A stretch of 64,000 nucleotides of DNA from Acidimicrobiia bacterium (GCA_018003035.1 JAGNEX010000008.1:10167-74166); one strand, 5' to 3'. Shown: positions 34,683 to 43,590, counted from the first letter of the stretch. Numbers and translations are program-made. Notes: generated by a model from the sequence alone, not told the origin.

Positions 34683-35960
34683 CTACTGCGTGACTTCTGC
34701 GACGAGGTCCCAGCGCCAATCGGCGTTGAGGTCGTCCCAACTGAGGTCACTCGGTGCCGTAGCCGAGAAGTTCACCGGACCGGCGACTTCGGTGGCATCC
34801 CACAGGCTGGCATCCGACTGAGCTGGGCCGGGTGCACTGGCGGAGCCATTCGCATCGGCCTTAGTTGAGCCGTTGGCCGTCTCTGACCCAGCGGGCGGTG
34901 TTCCAGCACCCGCATCTGGCGACGAAGTCTCAGTCGTCGACGTGCCAGCCTGGGGGGTGTCGGCGTTGTCTGGTGCGCTCCGGTCGGAATTCGGTGCTGG
35001 TTGAGCGTCGACGAGTTCATCGGTTGCCTGGCGGAGAACTTCAAAGAAGTCCGACGTCGAGTTCGAGTCGTTGGCGCTTGCCGAGTTGGTTGCCGAACCG
35101 GTCCCCTTCGGATCGGTTGTCGTGGTCGTCGATCGAGCGTTCCGAGCTGCCGTCGTGGATGTGGTCGACGATCGAGCGTTGGCAGCAGCTGTCGTCGTCG
35201 TACTGCGACTGGCCGCCCCACCGCCTGAGGAGGAAGCAGCCGCGGGTGCCTGCGTGGTAGGTGTCTGTGAGGCGCCGCCCGAGTTCTTGGCCGGCACAAC
35301 GACCTGGTTGTTGGTGGTGCTCGGCGTCCGGCTCGGCAGCTGAACCGGTGCCGTTTGAGGCGGGCTGGTGACTTGCGGGCTTGTCGGCGTCGGTGCGGGA
35401 ATCGTGACCGGGCGCTGAGGCTGGGTCGTCGGCGGCAGTGTTACGGGGGCGGGCGGCGGTGGTGGCGCTTGTGTGGTGATGGGCGCTCGAGTGGTTGGCG
35501 GCGCGGTCTCCATCAGCTGCATGAACTCTTCGGCCACCCATACGGTGCCGTCTGGGCCGACGTACACGCCCACTCCGACGTGGGTAAACGTCGAGTCGAC
35601 CAGGTTCTTGTAGTGGGTCGGCGACGCGACAAACGCGTTGTGCAGCGAGGTGACATCAGAACCAACGCCCACATTCTCGCCCAGTCGCTTCCAGTTGGCC
35701 GTGATTCCGCTCTGGAGATCCGAGTGGTAGATGCGACCCGCGCCAGCCATCGTCTGAGCCCAGCTGCGGGCTTTCGAGGTCAGGTTTGAGTGCACCGCTA
35801 ACGCCGGAAGTCCTTGAGACCCTCGGAGGGCGTTGATCTCGTTGATGAATGCCTGCTCCATGCTCGGGGAGGCGTCGGCGGGGCGGGAGATCACTAGCGG
35901 GGAGATCGCGGCGACTGCTAGCAAAATTGCAGCAATGGCGAATAGTGGGCGGCGATGCAC
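34683..35960 (-). CDS. Secreted CAP/SCP (YkwD-like) domain protein with long Pro/Thr/Ser/Ala-rich tail
   Basis: Signal peptide, then a CAP domain (NALRGSQGLPAL..HSDL..GENVG..SPTHYKNLV..THVGVGV), then about 270 aa of low complexity. Confidence 0.85.
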   Translation of the reverse strand: MHRRPLFAIAAILLAVAAISPLVISRPADASPSMEQAFINEINALRGSQGLPALAVHSNLTSKARSWAQTMAGAGRIYHSDLQSGITANWKRLGENVGVGSDVTSLHNAFVASPTHYKNLVDSTFTHVGVGVYVGPDGTVWVAEEFMQLMETAPPTTRAPITTQAPPPPPAPVTLPPTTQPQRPVTIPAPTPTSPQVTSPPQTAPVQLPSRTPSTTNNQVVVPAKNSGGASQTPTTQAPAAASSSGGGAASRSTTTTAAANARSSTTSTTAARNARSTTTTTDPKGTGSATNSASANDSNSTSDFFEVLRQATDELVDAQPAPNSDRSAPDNADTPQAGTSTTETSSPDAGAGTPPAGSETANGSTKADANGSASAPGPAQSDASLWDATEVAGPVNFSATAPSDLSWDDLNADWRWDLVAEVTQ

Positions 35961-36151
35961 GACTGACTCTCTTCGGACTCGCAGGGATGCTGACGAGTTC
36001 GTTATCGGTCATTGCCGGTGCAATGCTTGAATCATTGACCAACTCTGGATCTAACGCAGAGTTGTGATCGTTATCCCAGATCAGAGCCTTAATGAACCGA
36101 AACAGTTTCGGAGCAGAGGCCTTGCGATATCGCGAGGTGCGTGCTATTCGC

Positions 36152-37558
36152 CTACTGGGCGGCAGCGGCCAAAGCGGACGGTCCAAGTGCGACGCGCACT
36201 ATTTGCGCGATGGATTGGTACGCGAGTTCGGCAACGTGTACTTCGTCGGGTCGCAACAGGTTGGCCATCACCCGCAAGGCCCACTCCATCAGGCTTCGCG
36301 ACTGCATTCCGACCTGTGTGAGTTGGCGCATGAGCGCTGGTTGCCCGATCAGGGTGGCAAAGAGGCTGGCTACTTGGAAGTAGAGCCCATACTCGGCGTC
36401 GAGCCACCGCTCGTAGTTCGTGAGCGCAAGAGCGTTGTTCTCACTGACGGCCACGGCAATCAGCGACGCCGCTTCCCGGGCGGTCTCGTACGCGTAATCG
36501 ATACCCTCGCCGTTGAACGGATTCACCGAACCAGCTGCGTCCCCGATGAGCAGGTAATTCGGGCCGATTTTGGGGAAGACAGAACCGGCCATCGGGAGTC
36601 GACCGCCGGTCGCTGGCTGGAGGGGAGCGTCGGGATTGATACCCCAATGAGGAGGAGCCGTCGCCGCGAACTCCTGCATCATGTGAGTTGTGTTGACTTG
36701 CTTCCAATTTTTGAAGGTGGACAGCAGGCCAACGCCCACATTGATCGTTCCGTCGCCGAGGGGGAACACCCAGCCGTAGCCCGGCATGGCGTTGCCTTGC
36801 CGGTCCCGAACGTCCAACGTGCTCTCGATCACGGGATCGGTCGACAGATCGGACTGGTAATAGGTGCGGATTGCCATGCCCTGTGGAAAGTCCCGGTCAC
36901 GGCGCGCTCCGATTGCTCGCCCGAAACGGGAAAGCGATCCATCGGCGATCACCACAAACTTCGGGCGGACTTCGATGGTTCCAGGCGCTGGGGCAGCGAA
37001 ACGTTCTGGCGAGCGGCCTGGCTCGGGTGCCTCTCCCGCTCGGTCCTCCATCGGAACGTGGTTGTGCAGGCCAGATTCTCCGGGAAGATTTCTTACGAAT
37101 CCGGCCTTTGTCTTGATCACAACGCTCGTCAAGATGCCCTGGGTGAATTTGGGGGCCACCGCTTCAGCGCCCTGCCACAGCTCGGCACCCGCTTCCACCG
37201 CGTTGACCGCCACCATCTCGTCGAGGTCATGGCGCCGAACGACGTAGCCATACGGAGGAAACACTGGATGCTCCGGCCAGGCCAAGTCCAAAGTGACGTT
37301 GGCGGCAATCGCCCGCAACCCGTCGTGGCGGTGAAACGCTTCCAGCCGGGAAAGCATGCCCATGTCGGTCAGCTGTTTCACGGCCCGCGGCGTGAGACCA
37401 TCTCCGCAGGTCTTGTCCCTGGGAAACACTTTCCGCTCGACCATCAAGACGCTGACACCTGATCGAGCTAGCCAGTATCCGGCGGCCGAACCACCTGGTC
37501 CAGCCCCAACCACCAGCACATCTATGTCATACACGTCTGGAATCGAGTTGGAAGGCAC
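36152..37558 (-). CDS. Geranylgeranyl reductase family FAD-dependent oxidoreductase (MenJ-like)
   Basis: FAD-binding DVLVVGAGPGGSAAGYWLA and KTCGDGLTPRAV. The start is uncertain (GTG at 37558; the track ORF extends to 37720). Contains a roughly 40-aa insertion. Confidence 0.8.
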   Translation of the reverse strand: MPSNSIPDVYDIDVLVVGAGPGGSAAGYWLARSGVSVLMVERKVFPRDKTCGDGLTPRAVKQLTDMGMLSRLEAFHRHDGLRAIAANVTLDLAWPEHPVFPPYGYVVRRHDLDEMVAVNAVEAGAELWQGAEAVAPKFTQGILTSVVIKTKAGFVRNLPGESGLHNHVPMEDRAGEAPEPGRSPERFAAPAPGTIEVRPKFVVIADGSLSRFGRAIGARRDRDFPQGMAIRTYYQSDLSTDPVIESTLDVRDRQGNAMPGYGWVFPLGDGTINVGVGLLSTFKNWKQVNTTHMMQEFAATAPPHWGINPDAPLQPATGGRLPMAGSVFPKIGPNYLLIGDAAGSVNPFNGEGIDYAYETAREAASLIAVAVSENNALALTNYERWLDAEYGLYFQVASLFATLIGQPALMRQLTQVGMQSRSLMEWALRVMANLLRPDEVHVAELAYQSIAQIVRVALGPSALAAAAQ

Positions 37559-37865
37559 GGAGATATCTGACTCGTTCCTCCCTGGCCGAAACCAATTCGG
37601 CTCAACCTTGTCTGGTGGTCTCGACGCTCGGCGATGGCGGGTCGACCCGGTTCGATGGCCCGGGTTATAAACGGAGATGCAACGAGGCGTACCGGCGCCG
37701 GTCAGGTGCCCCAAGCCCACACCCCGGCGGCCAGCCCTGTCGATGTGTGAGTGAGTATGGAGCCGTGGTAGGAAAGGGACCGGAGCGCGCCCTTAAAGAC
37801 ACCGCAATTCCTCGCGGTTTGTCTTGGTCGTGCCCAAGCGACGGAGAAAGGGAGCCAGGAAAGCG

Positions 37866-38354
37866 ATGATCGATACGCTCGCCTTTATCAACCCTTTGAT
37901 TGGCTGGATGGCCAAACCGTGGGGTCGGTTCATCGTATCGACCTCAATCACCGTGCTGGGCGCGCTGATCGTGTTGGTTCTCATCCGCAAGATCCCCAAG
38001 AACGACCAGCCCACTTGGAGTCAGTCCATGTTGGGTGCGGTGGTGGTGTTCGGGTACATGCTCGTCATCTACGGCGTTTGGCCTCACGACTGGCTGACCC
38101 TCGCCGACTCCGAGCTCAACTGGCGGTCGGACACGTTCATCATCACCGACCCGATCAACATTCCTTGGCAGGCTCTGCGCGATGTCATCGCTGTCGGCCT
38201 GTACGCGGTGGCTTTGGGCGGCAATGCGGTCCTCTGGGTCAAGTGGCAAAACCGCGACAAGTACCAAACGAAGCAGGCACCCGCTGAAGAAACGCCAGAA
38301 CCGGCCGGTACTTCCCGCTTTGGTCGCCCGCTTTCACGGCTGAGGAAGGCCTAG
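37866..38354 (+). CDS. Hypothetical 3-4 TM membrane protein, first gene of the Rieske/cyt b operon
   Basis: ATG with AGGAAAG upstream. The stop lies 2 nt before the ferredoxin ATG. Confidence 0.6.
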   Translation: MIDTLAFINPLIGWMAKPWGRFIVSTSITVLGALIVLVLIRKIPKNDQPTWSQSMLGAVVVFGYMLVIYGVWPHDWLTLADSELNWRSDTFIITDPINIPWQALRDVIAVGLYAVALGGNAVLWVKWQNRDKYQTKQAPAEETPEPAGTSRFGRPLSRLRKA

Positions 38355-38356
38355 CC

Positions 38357-38770
38357 ATGGGGGCTACCACCGACGCCAATCCCGAAATGCCCGAGTTCAG
38401 TGATGACTATGAACTCGTTGAAGTCGAACCGTCTTGGCTGACCCAGTCGGTCAAGCCCAAGCAATTCCTGCACATTGACCAGCAGGAATGCATTACCTGT
38501 GAAGGCTGCGTCGACATCTGCCCATGGAAATGCATCCACATGCTTTCCGTCGAGGCAATCGATGAGGCCCACAACACCGACAATCCCAACGATGATCCGT
38601 TGGCGGCGGTGTTCTTTGTTGTTGACGAAGACGTGTGCACCCGGTGCGCACTCTGTGTCAACCGTTGTCCGACCGGAGTTATCACGCTGGGCAAGGTCAC
38701 CGACCAACCACACGGCGACCCCAACCTTCGTGACAACAACCACGGCTATGCCTACGGCATGCGCTTCTAG
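38357..38770 (+). CDS. 2x[4Fe-4S] ferredoxin-domain protein
   Basis: Two complete CxxCxxCxxxCP motifs (CITCEGCVDICP and CTRCALCVNRCP), with GAGGAAGG upstream. Confidence 0.88.
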   Translation: MGATTDANPEMPEFSDDYELVEVEPSWLTQSVKPKQFLHIDQQECITCEGCVDICPWKCIHMLSVEAIDEAHNTDNPNDDPLAAVFFVVDEDVCTRCALCVNRCPTGVITLGKVTDQPHGDPNLRDNNHGYAYGMRF

Positions 38771-38792
38771 AGTCCCCGAGGAGATTTGAACC

Positions 38793-39548
38793 GTGGCCAA
38801 CGGCAGCAAAACGTCTCAGATGCTCGAAAGGGTTCAGGACTCCCAGGCGTGGAACTCGATCTTCCGTCCTGGGTCGGTGTTCCGCAAGGGGTACACCGAC
38901 AGTCCTCGTAACCGTTCGTACGTCATCATGAACAGCCTGCTCTACCACCTTCACCCTGTGAAGGTGAAGCGGCACGCTGTCAAGGTGTCCTACACCTTGT
39001 GTCTCGGCGGGCTGAGCTTCTTTTTGTTCATCCTGTTGACGGTGACCGGCATTTTCTTGATGTTCTTCTACAGGCCGACCGCTGCGGCGGCCTGGCATGA
39101 CATCGAGACGCTCGAAACCGCAGTCGCCTTCGGTTCTCTCGTGCGAAATATGCATAGGTGGGCCGCACACCTCATGGTGCTATCCGTCTTCTTGCACATG
39201 AGCCGGGTCTTTTATCACGGTGCCTACAAGGCGCCCCGTGAGTTCAACTGGGTTATCGGCGTCATCCTGCTGATGCTCACCTTGCTTCTCTCCTTCACCG
39301 GTTACCTCCTGCCTTGGGACCAACTTGCTCTCTGGGCCGTAACCGTGGGTACCAACATGATGGGGTACACACCCGTCTTCGGGTCACAGGTCAGGTACGT
39401 CCTGCTGGGGTCCAAGGAAATTGGTACCGACACCCTTCTGCGCTGGTACGTCCTGCACGTGTTGATGCTGCCCTTCGTGATCGTCATCTTCATGGCGATT
39501 CACTTCTGGCGAGTCCGCAAGGACGGCGGCATCTCCGGACCGCTTTAA
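38793..39548 (+). CDS. Cytochrome b6-type subunit (N-terminal four-helix half of cytochrome b)
   Basis: Helix B His pair in RNMHRWAAHLMVLSVFLH, then FTGYLLPWDQLALWAVTV, then a helix D His pair 14 residues apart. Its 251-aa length corresponds to a split cytochrome b. Confidence 0.92.
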   Translation: MANGSKTSQMLERVQDSQAWNSIFRPGSVFRKGYTDSPRNRSYVIMNSLLYHLHPVKVKRHAVKVSYTLCLGGLSFFLFILLTVTGIFLMFFYRPTAAAAWHDIETLETAVAFGSLVRNMHRWAAHLMVLSVFLHMSRVFYHGAYKAPREFNWVIGVILLMLTLLLSFTGYLLPWDQLALWAVTVGTNMMGYTPVFGSQVRYVLLGSKEIGTDTLLRWYVLHVLMLPFVIVIFMAIHFWRVRKDGGISGPL

Positions 39549-39564
39549 AGGGGGAGGTTGAACC

Positions 39565-40419
39565 ATGGCTGAGATTCCAGAGCATCTCCTCAAGCGCAGT
39601 CAGGCGCGGCGCAAGGCGATGGACGGTGGTGAGGCGGCGGAAGCCGACTCCGGGTCCGACGCTGCTGCCAAACCAGCTGCGGCGGCTGCCGCGCCGGTTC
39701 CGGCCGGTGTCGCACCCGCGCAACTAGAAGACGTCGTCGTCGGGAACTCCAAGATCCCGGGACGTCTCCTCGCTAAATCCAAGATCCGTCGTGCGATCCT
39801 CGCTGGCGAAACTCCTCCTGCCGACCTCGTTGCAGCGGTCGGCGGCGGTGCGGGTGGTGCTGCGGTCGCCGCTGTCCAAGCCCAGCCGGGCATCGTCCCG
39901 GCCGGTGGTCAGACGGGACCGGCAGGTCACACACAGCGGATGCTGACCGTCGTCAAGGCTGGAACCATCCAGCAGACCAAAGACAAGCCGGTGGACAAGG
40001 TCCACGTGTGGCCGCACCTGTTGGTCTTTGAGTTCGTGGCACTGCTGCTCTGCACAGGACTGATGATCATCATGGGTGCCTTGGTCAAGGCTCCGCTCCA
40101 GGACCTGGCCGACTTCAACAAGACGCCGAACCCATCGAAGGCCCCTTGGTACTTCCTGGGTCTGCAGGAACTCCTCACGATGTTCCACCCGATGGTCGCC
40201 GGTGTGACCATCCCCGGTATCGGCCTGTTCCTCTTGATCCTTGCCCCATATATCGACAAGAACCAAGCAACGAAACCAGAAGACCGCAAGTTTGCAGTCT
40301 CGATCTTTACGGTCTTCCTCATGTTCTGGGCGGTGCTTGTGATCATCGGCTCCTTCTTCCGAGGGCCGGGATTCAACTTCACCTTCCCGTGGCGTGACGG
40401 CGTGTTCTTCGAGCTGTAG
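39565..40419 (+). CDS. Cytochrome b C-terminal half / subunit IV-like protein with ~145-aa N-terminal extension
   Basis: Three TM helices with the KAPWYFLGLQELL motif (PEWY-box equivalent). Strong GGGGGAGG Shine-Dalgarno. Confidence 0.88.
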   Translation: MAEIPEHLLKRSQARRKAMDGGEAAEADSGSDAAAKPAAAAAAPVPAGVAPAQLEDVVVGNSKIPGRLLAKSKIRRAILAGETPPADLVAAVGGGAGGAAVAAVQAQPGIVPAGGQTGPAGHTQRMLTVVKAGTIQQTKDKPVDKVHVWPHLLVFEFVALLLCTGLMIIMGALVKAPLQDLADFNKTPNPSKAPWYFLGLQELLTMFHPMVAGVTIPGIGLFLLILAPYIDKNQATKPEDRKFAVSIFTVFLMFWAVLVIIGSFFRGPGFNFTFPWRDGVFFEL

Positions 40420-40428
40420 GAGTCGACA

Positions 40429-41268
40429 ATGGAAACGCCAGTCATCATTGCCATCACCGTCCTGGTCTTCTTGGGTGCACTCGCACTTGCTGCCACAGCG
40501 CGACGTCGAGACGCCGAAAAAGTTGGACGGCTTCACCCAGAAGCTGTCAAACGGGACGAAGAGGCCCACAAGTCGGACCCGTCTACGGATCTGAGTGTTG
40601 ATGCCCGTCAGCGCGCTACCGAGACGGCCACGGCGCTAGCCACCGTCGAAGGCGGCACGGTCGAGACCCGCAAGTGGTACGAGCCCGTTCCTCGAACAGA
40701 GGAAGAGGTGGGGGTTACCCGCCGCCAATTCTTCAACCGGGCAATTCTGCTGCTGAACGCGGTCGGCCTCGGCACGCTTGGCTTGGCGCTGATCGCCTTC
40801 CTTGACCCGGTTTCATCCGGCGGTTTTGGAAGTCAGATCGACGCTGGTAGCGAGAAGGACATCAAAGACGCCATCGAGAGCGAGAAGCGCCCGTTCTACG
40901 TTCCAGAAGGACGTTTCTACGTAGTCGAGTACCCATCCACCGCGATTTCCAAAGCCAAGGCTGTCTACGAGGACAACATCGTTTCGGGTATGGAGTCGGG
41001 TTATGTGGCGCTCTACCAAAAGTGTCCTCACCTCGGCTGTCGAGTGCCGTTCTGTCTGAGTTCTCAGTGGTTCGAATGCCCCTGTCACGGTTCGAAGTAC
41101 AACCGTGTCGGTGAAAAGCGTGGTGGACCTGCACCTCGTGGTATGGACCGGTTCCCGCTCGAAGTCACCGGCGGCAAGATCAAGGTAAATACTGGTGTTG
41201 TGGTGAACGGCCCGGCGATCGGTACTGACACGACCGGTCAAGAGGCCGAAGGCCCGAACTGCGTCTAA
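40429..41268 (+). CDS. Rieske [2Fe-2S] iron-sulfur subunit
   Basis: CPHLGCRV and CPCHGSKY boxes, a Tat-like TRRQFFNRA preceding a TM helix, and an extra N-terminal TM helix. Confidence 0.92.
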   Translation: METPVIIAITVLVFLGALALAATARRRDAEKVGRLHPEAVKRDEEAHKSDPSTDLSVDARQRATETATALATVEGGTVETRKWYEPVPRTEEEVGVTRRQFFNRAILLLNAVGLGTLGLALIAFLDPVSSGGFGSQIDAGSEKDIKDAIESEKRPFYVPEGRFYVVEYPSTAISKAKAVYEDNIVSGMESGYVALYQKCPHLGCRVPFCLSSQWFECPCHGSKYNRVGEKRGGPAPRGMDRFPLEVTGGKIKVNTGVVVNGPAIGTDTTGQEAEGPNCV

Positions 41269-41310
41269 GCGCGGCTCACGTACACGACGACTACAGGATC
41301 GACGATTGAT

Positions 41311-42543
41311 ATGAGTCCAACGATGTTGCTCGTTCTGGCAACGGTCATCGTGATTGCCTTCCTTCTGGGCATGGTGATCTCGGCAGCCATGAACCGACGC
41401 ACCAAGGGAGAAGAGGCGCCGAACCTCACCCCGTACTATTCCGATGACGTCCTTGAAGGGCCGCGCCTCAACCGGGTTCTGGCTTGGGCGCTCGCTGGTT
41501 CGGCCATCGTCGCCGTTGCGCTGCCGACCTATTGGCTGCTCGAGCCTGGACGTCAGAACTCACGCGAGACAGAGGTGCTCACCTCGTCGGTTCAAAAGGG
41601 TGCCGAACTCTTCTCTAGCGCCGCGTCCGGCGGATCGCCGAACGCCTTGGGCTGCGCCGACTGTCACGGGGCCACCGGTGGTGGTGGTGCGCGGCCATTG
41701 ATCGTCTCAATCCCCCGAGACGACATCGACCTTGTCGACCCAGAACTCGCTATTGGCCTTAGGTCTGATCAGCCTGGGTATGCAGAGCAGCAGGAACTCA
41801 TTGCTTCGACCAATGAAGAACTTGCAGCCGACGCTGGCGAAGGCGAAGCGCCCGAAAACGTCAACCCACTCTGCTACGAGGTCGAGGGCGACGAAACGAA
41901 CTATGCCTGTTCAGTGTCCTGGGCAGCTCCCGCATTGAACACCGTTTACTACCGCTTCAGCCGTGAAGAGATCGGCAACATCATCACCTACGGTCGAGCG
42001 GGTACCCCGATGGGTGCCTGGGGTATCGCTGGTGGTGGGCCGTTGACCGAGCAGAAGATCGACTCGCTTCTCGACTTCCTCGCCACCATTCAGCTCTCGC
42101 CTGATGAGGTCGCAAAACAGCAATCCGACGCCGTTGCAGCAGCGAAGGACGCCGGTAAGACCGACGAACCGGAATGGCTCTTCGAGCAGAACTGCGCTCG
42201 CTGTCACACCCGACACTGGTCGATCTCGTCGGTTTTTGACGCCAATCCGGCGATCGATTTGGTCCTGGACCAAGGAAACGGCGCTTTCGGGCCAAGCCTG
42301 CAAAGCGGCGCCACGTTGCGCCAGTTCCTGACCCCCGAAGATCAATCAGCGTTTGTCTCCCGTGGTTCTGACGCCAACGCTGCCTACGGCCAGCGCGGAA
42401 TCGGTTCGGGCCGCATGCCGGGCTTTGGGCCTACGACCTTCCACCCCGGTACGGGTAACGAGGCCGACTCAGCGATGGTGAGCGGCTCGATGCTGACAGA
42501 AGAAGAGATCAACCAGATTGTCGAATATGAACGCGGTCTCTAA
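41311..42543 (+). CDS. Membrane-anchored diheme c-type cytochrome
   Basis: N-terminal TM helix and two heme-binding sites, CADCH and CARCH. Has GRMPGFG near the C-terminus. Confidence 0.85.
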   Translation: MSPTMLLVLATVIVIAFLLGMVISAAMNRRTKGEEAPNLTPYYSDDVLEGPRLNRVLAWALAGSAIVAVALPTYWLLEPGRQNSRETEVLTSSVQKGAELFSSAASGGSPNALGCADCHGATGGGGARPLIVSIPRDDIDLVDPELAIGLRSDQPGYAEQQELIASTNEELAADAGEGEAPENVNPLCYEVEGDETNYACSVSWAAPALNTVYYRFSREEIGNIITYGRAGTPMGAWGIAGGGPLTEQKIDSLLDFLATIQLSPDEVAKQQSDAVAAAKDAGKTDEPEWLFEQNCARCHTRHWSISSVFDANPAIDLVLDQGNGAFGPSLQSGATLRQFLTPEDQSAFVSRGSDANAAYGQRGIGSGRMPGFGPTTFHPGTGNEADSAMVSGSMLTEEEINQIVEYERGL

Positions 42544-42581
42544 CGGGCTGTGGCCACAGACGCTAAGTGGAGCATTTTGAT

Positions 42582-43364
42582 ATGACTCACCTGTTGCAAC
42601 TTACGAGCCTGGCCACCGAGGCAGGCGGCGGGGACGGCCTTTGGGACCCAACCCTGCGCGGATTGCTGGTCATCTTCGCGGCGGTAACGCTCTTCTTCGG
42701 ATCGATCTACCTGCTGCTCTACACCAACCTGGGTGGGGTTCGCGGGTTGCTTGTTGCCGTATCCGCCCTCACGGGGTTCCTCACGTTGCTTGGCGCACTG
42801 TGGTTGACCGGAACCTTTCCCAACGGATATTTGGGCCGTCAACCCGGCTGGACCATCAACGAGATCATCGAAGGTGGTTCTCCGGCCGACTCCAACATTG
42901 ATGCCGTCAAAGACATTGAGACCAAGGACAACTTGGCCGATGTGGCCGACGCTGGTGTCATCAAGGCGAGCCTCGACCCCTTCCTGACCAATGGCGATGC
43001 CATCGAAGCGGCGGGTCTGGACTTTCCGCCCTTTTCGTCGGTTACGGACTACACCTACGTAGACGCCGACAGTACCTACGTGGTCGGTGGTGAGATTAAG
43101 AATCTCTTCTGGCACGTTCCCGAGTACTCGGCCGTCCACCTCTGCCCGGTTTTGACGAACGACATCACACCGGTCGAGGCCCCGCCGCCGCCGGAGTGCG
43201 ATCCTGAGCAGTCAGACTTTTGGATTGTGTCGACTCGAGACCTCGGCTCGATCCGTCAGCCAGCGTTCTTTACGATGGTCGGATCGTTGATTCTGTTTGC
43301 GATTTCGCTTTGGGCCCTGCACCGCAACGAGCTGGCCGACCGCGAGACACCCGTAGCCGCATAG
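42582..43364 (+). CDS. Hypothetical membrane protein (3 N-terminal TM helices, extracytoplasmic domain, C-terminal TM helix)
   Basis: Co-directional, beginning 38 nt after the cytochrome c stop. I recognised no family. Confidence 0.55.
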   Translation: MTHLLQLTSLATEAGGGDGLWDPTLRGLLVIFAAVTLFFGSIYLLLYTNLGGVRGLLVAVSALTGFLTLLGALWLTGTFPNGYLGRQPGWTINEIIEGGSPADSNIDAVKDIETKDNLADVADAGVIKASLDPFLTNGDAIEAAGLDFPPFSSVTDYTYVDADSTYVVGGEIKNLFWHVPEYSAVHLCPVLTNDITPVEAPPPPECDPEQSDFWIVSTRDLGSIRQPAFFTMVGSLILFAISLWALHRNELADRETPVAA

Positions 43365-43377
43365 GAGGACACGTCAC

Positions 43378-43590
43378 ATGCGTCGTTCTGTCCAACTAAT
43401 CATCGCCGCCATTGGGACGTTCCTCGCGAACCTCGCAACCCTCCCAGGCGTTGCAAGCGCTCGCTCGTCCGTCTTGATCGACGCGACTCACGATGGGGAC
43501 CTCGCCTTCGTCGTGTTCGTCGCCGTGTGCGTCATCCTTTGGGGATCGCTCTTTATCGTCGACCGGGTTCGTAACCGCGACGACGACTGA
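43378..43590 (+). CDS. Hypothetical 70-aa protein with signal peptide and C-terminal TM helix
   Basis: AGGAGG lies 9 nt upstream of the ATG. It is the last co-directional gene of the operon. Confidence 0.55.
   Translation: MRRSVQLIIAAIGTFLANLATLPGVASARSSVLIDATHDGDLAFVVFVAVCVILWGSLFIVDRVRNRDDD

Noticed and set aside
36097-36111. 15-nt palindrome CCGAAAC-A-GTTTCGG downstream of the MenJ-like gene, and hairpin GCAGGT-N7-ACCTGC at 6086-6104 downstream of mnhG
   Set aside because: Both stems are short with no U-tract. They might be weak terminators, but they are indistinguishable from chance dyads by eye.
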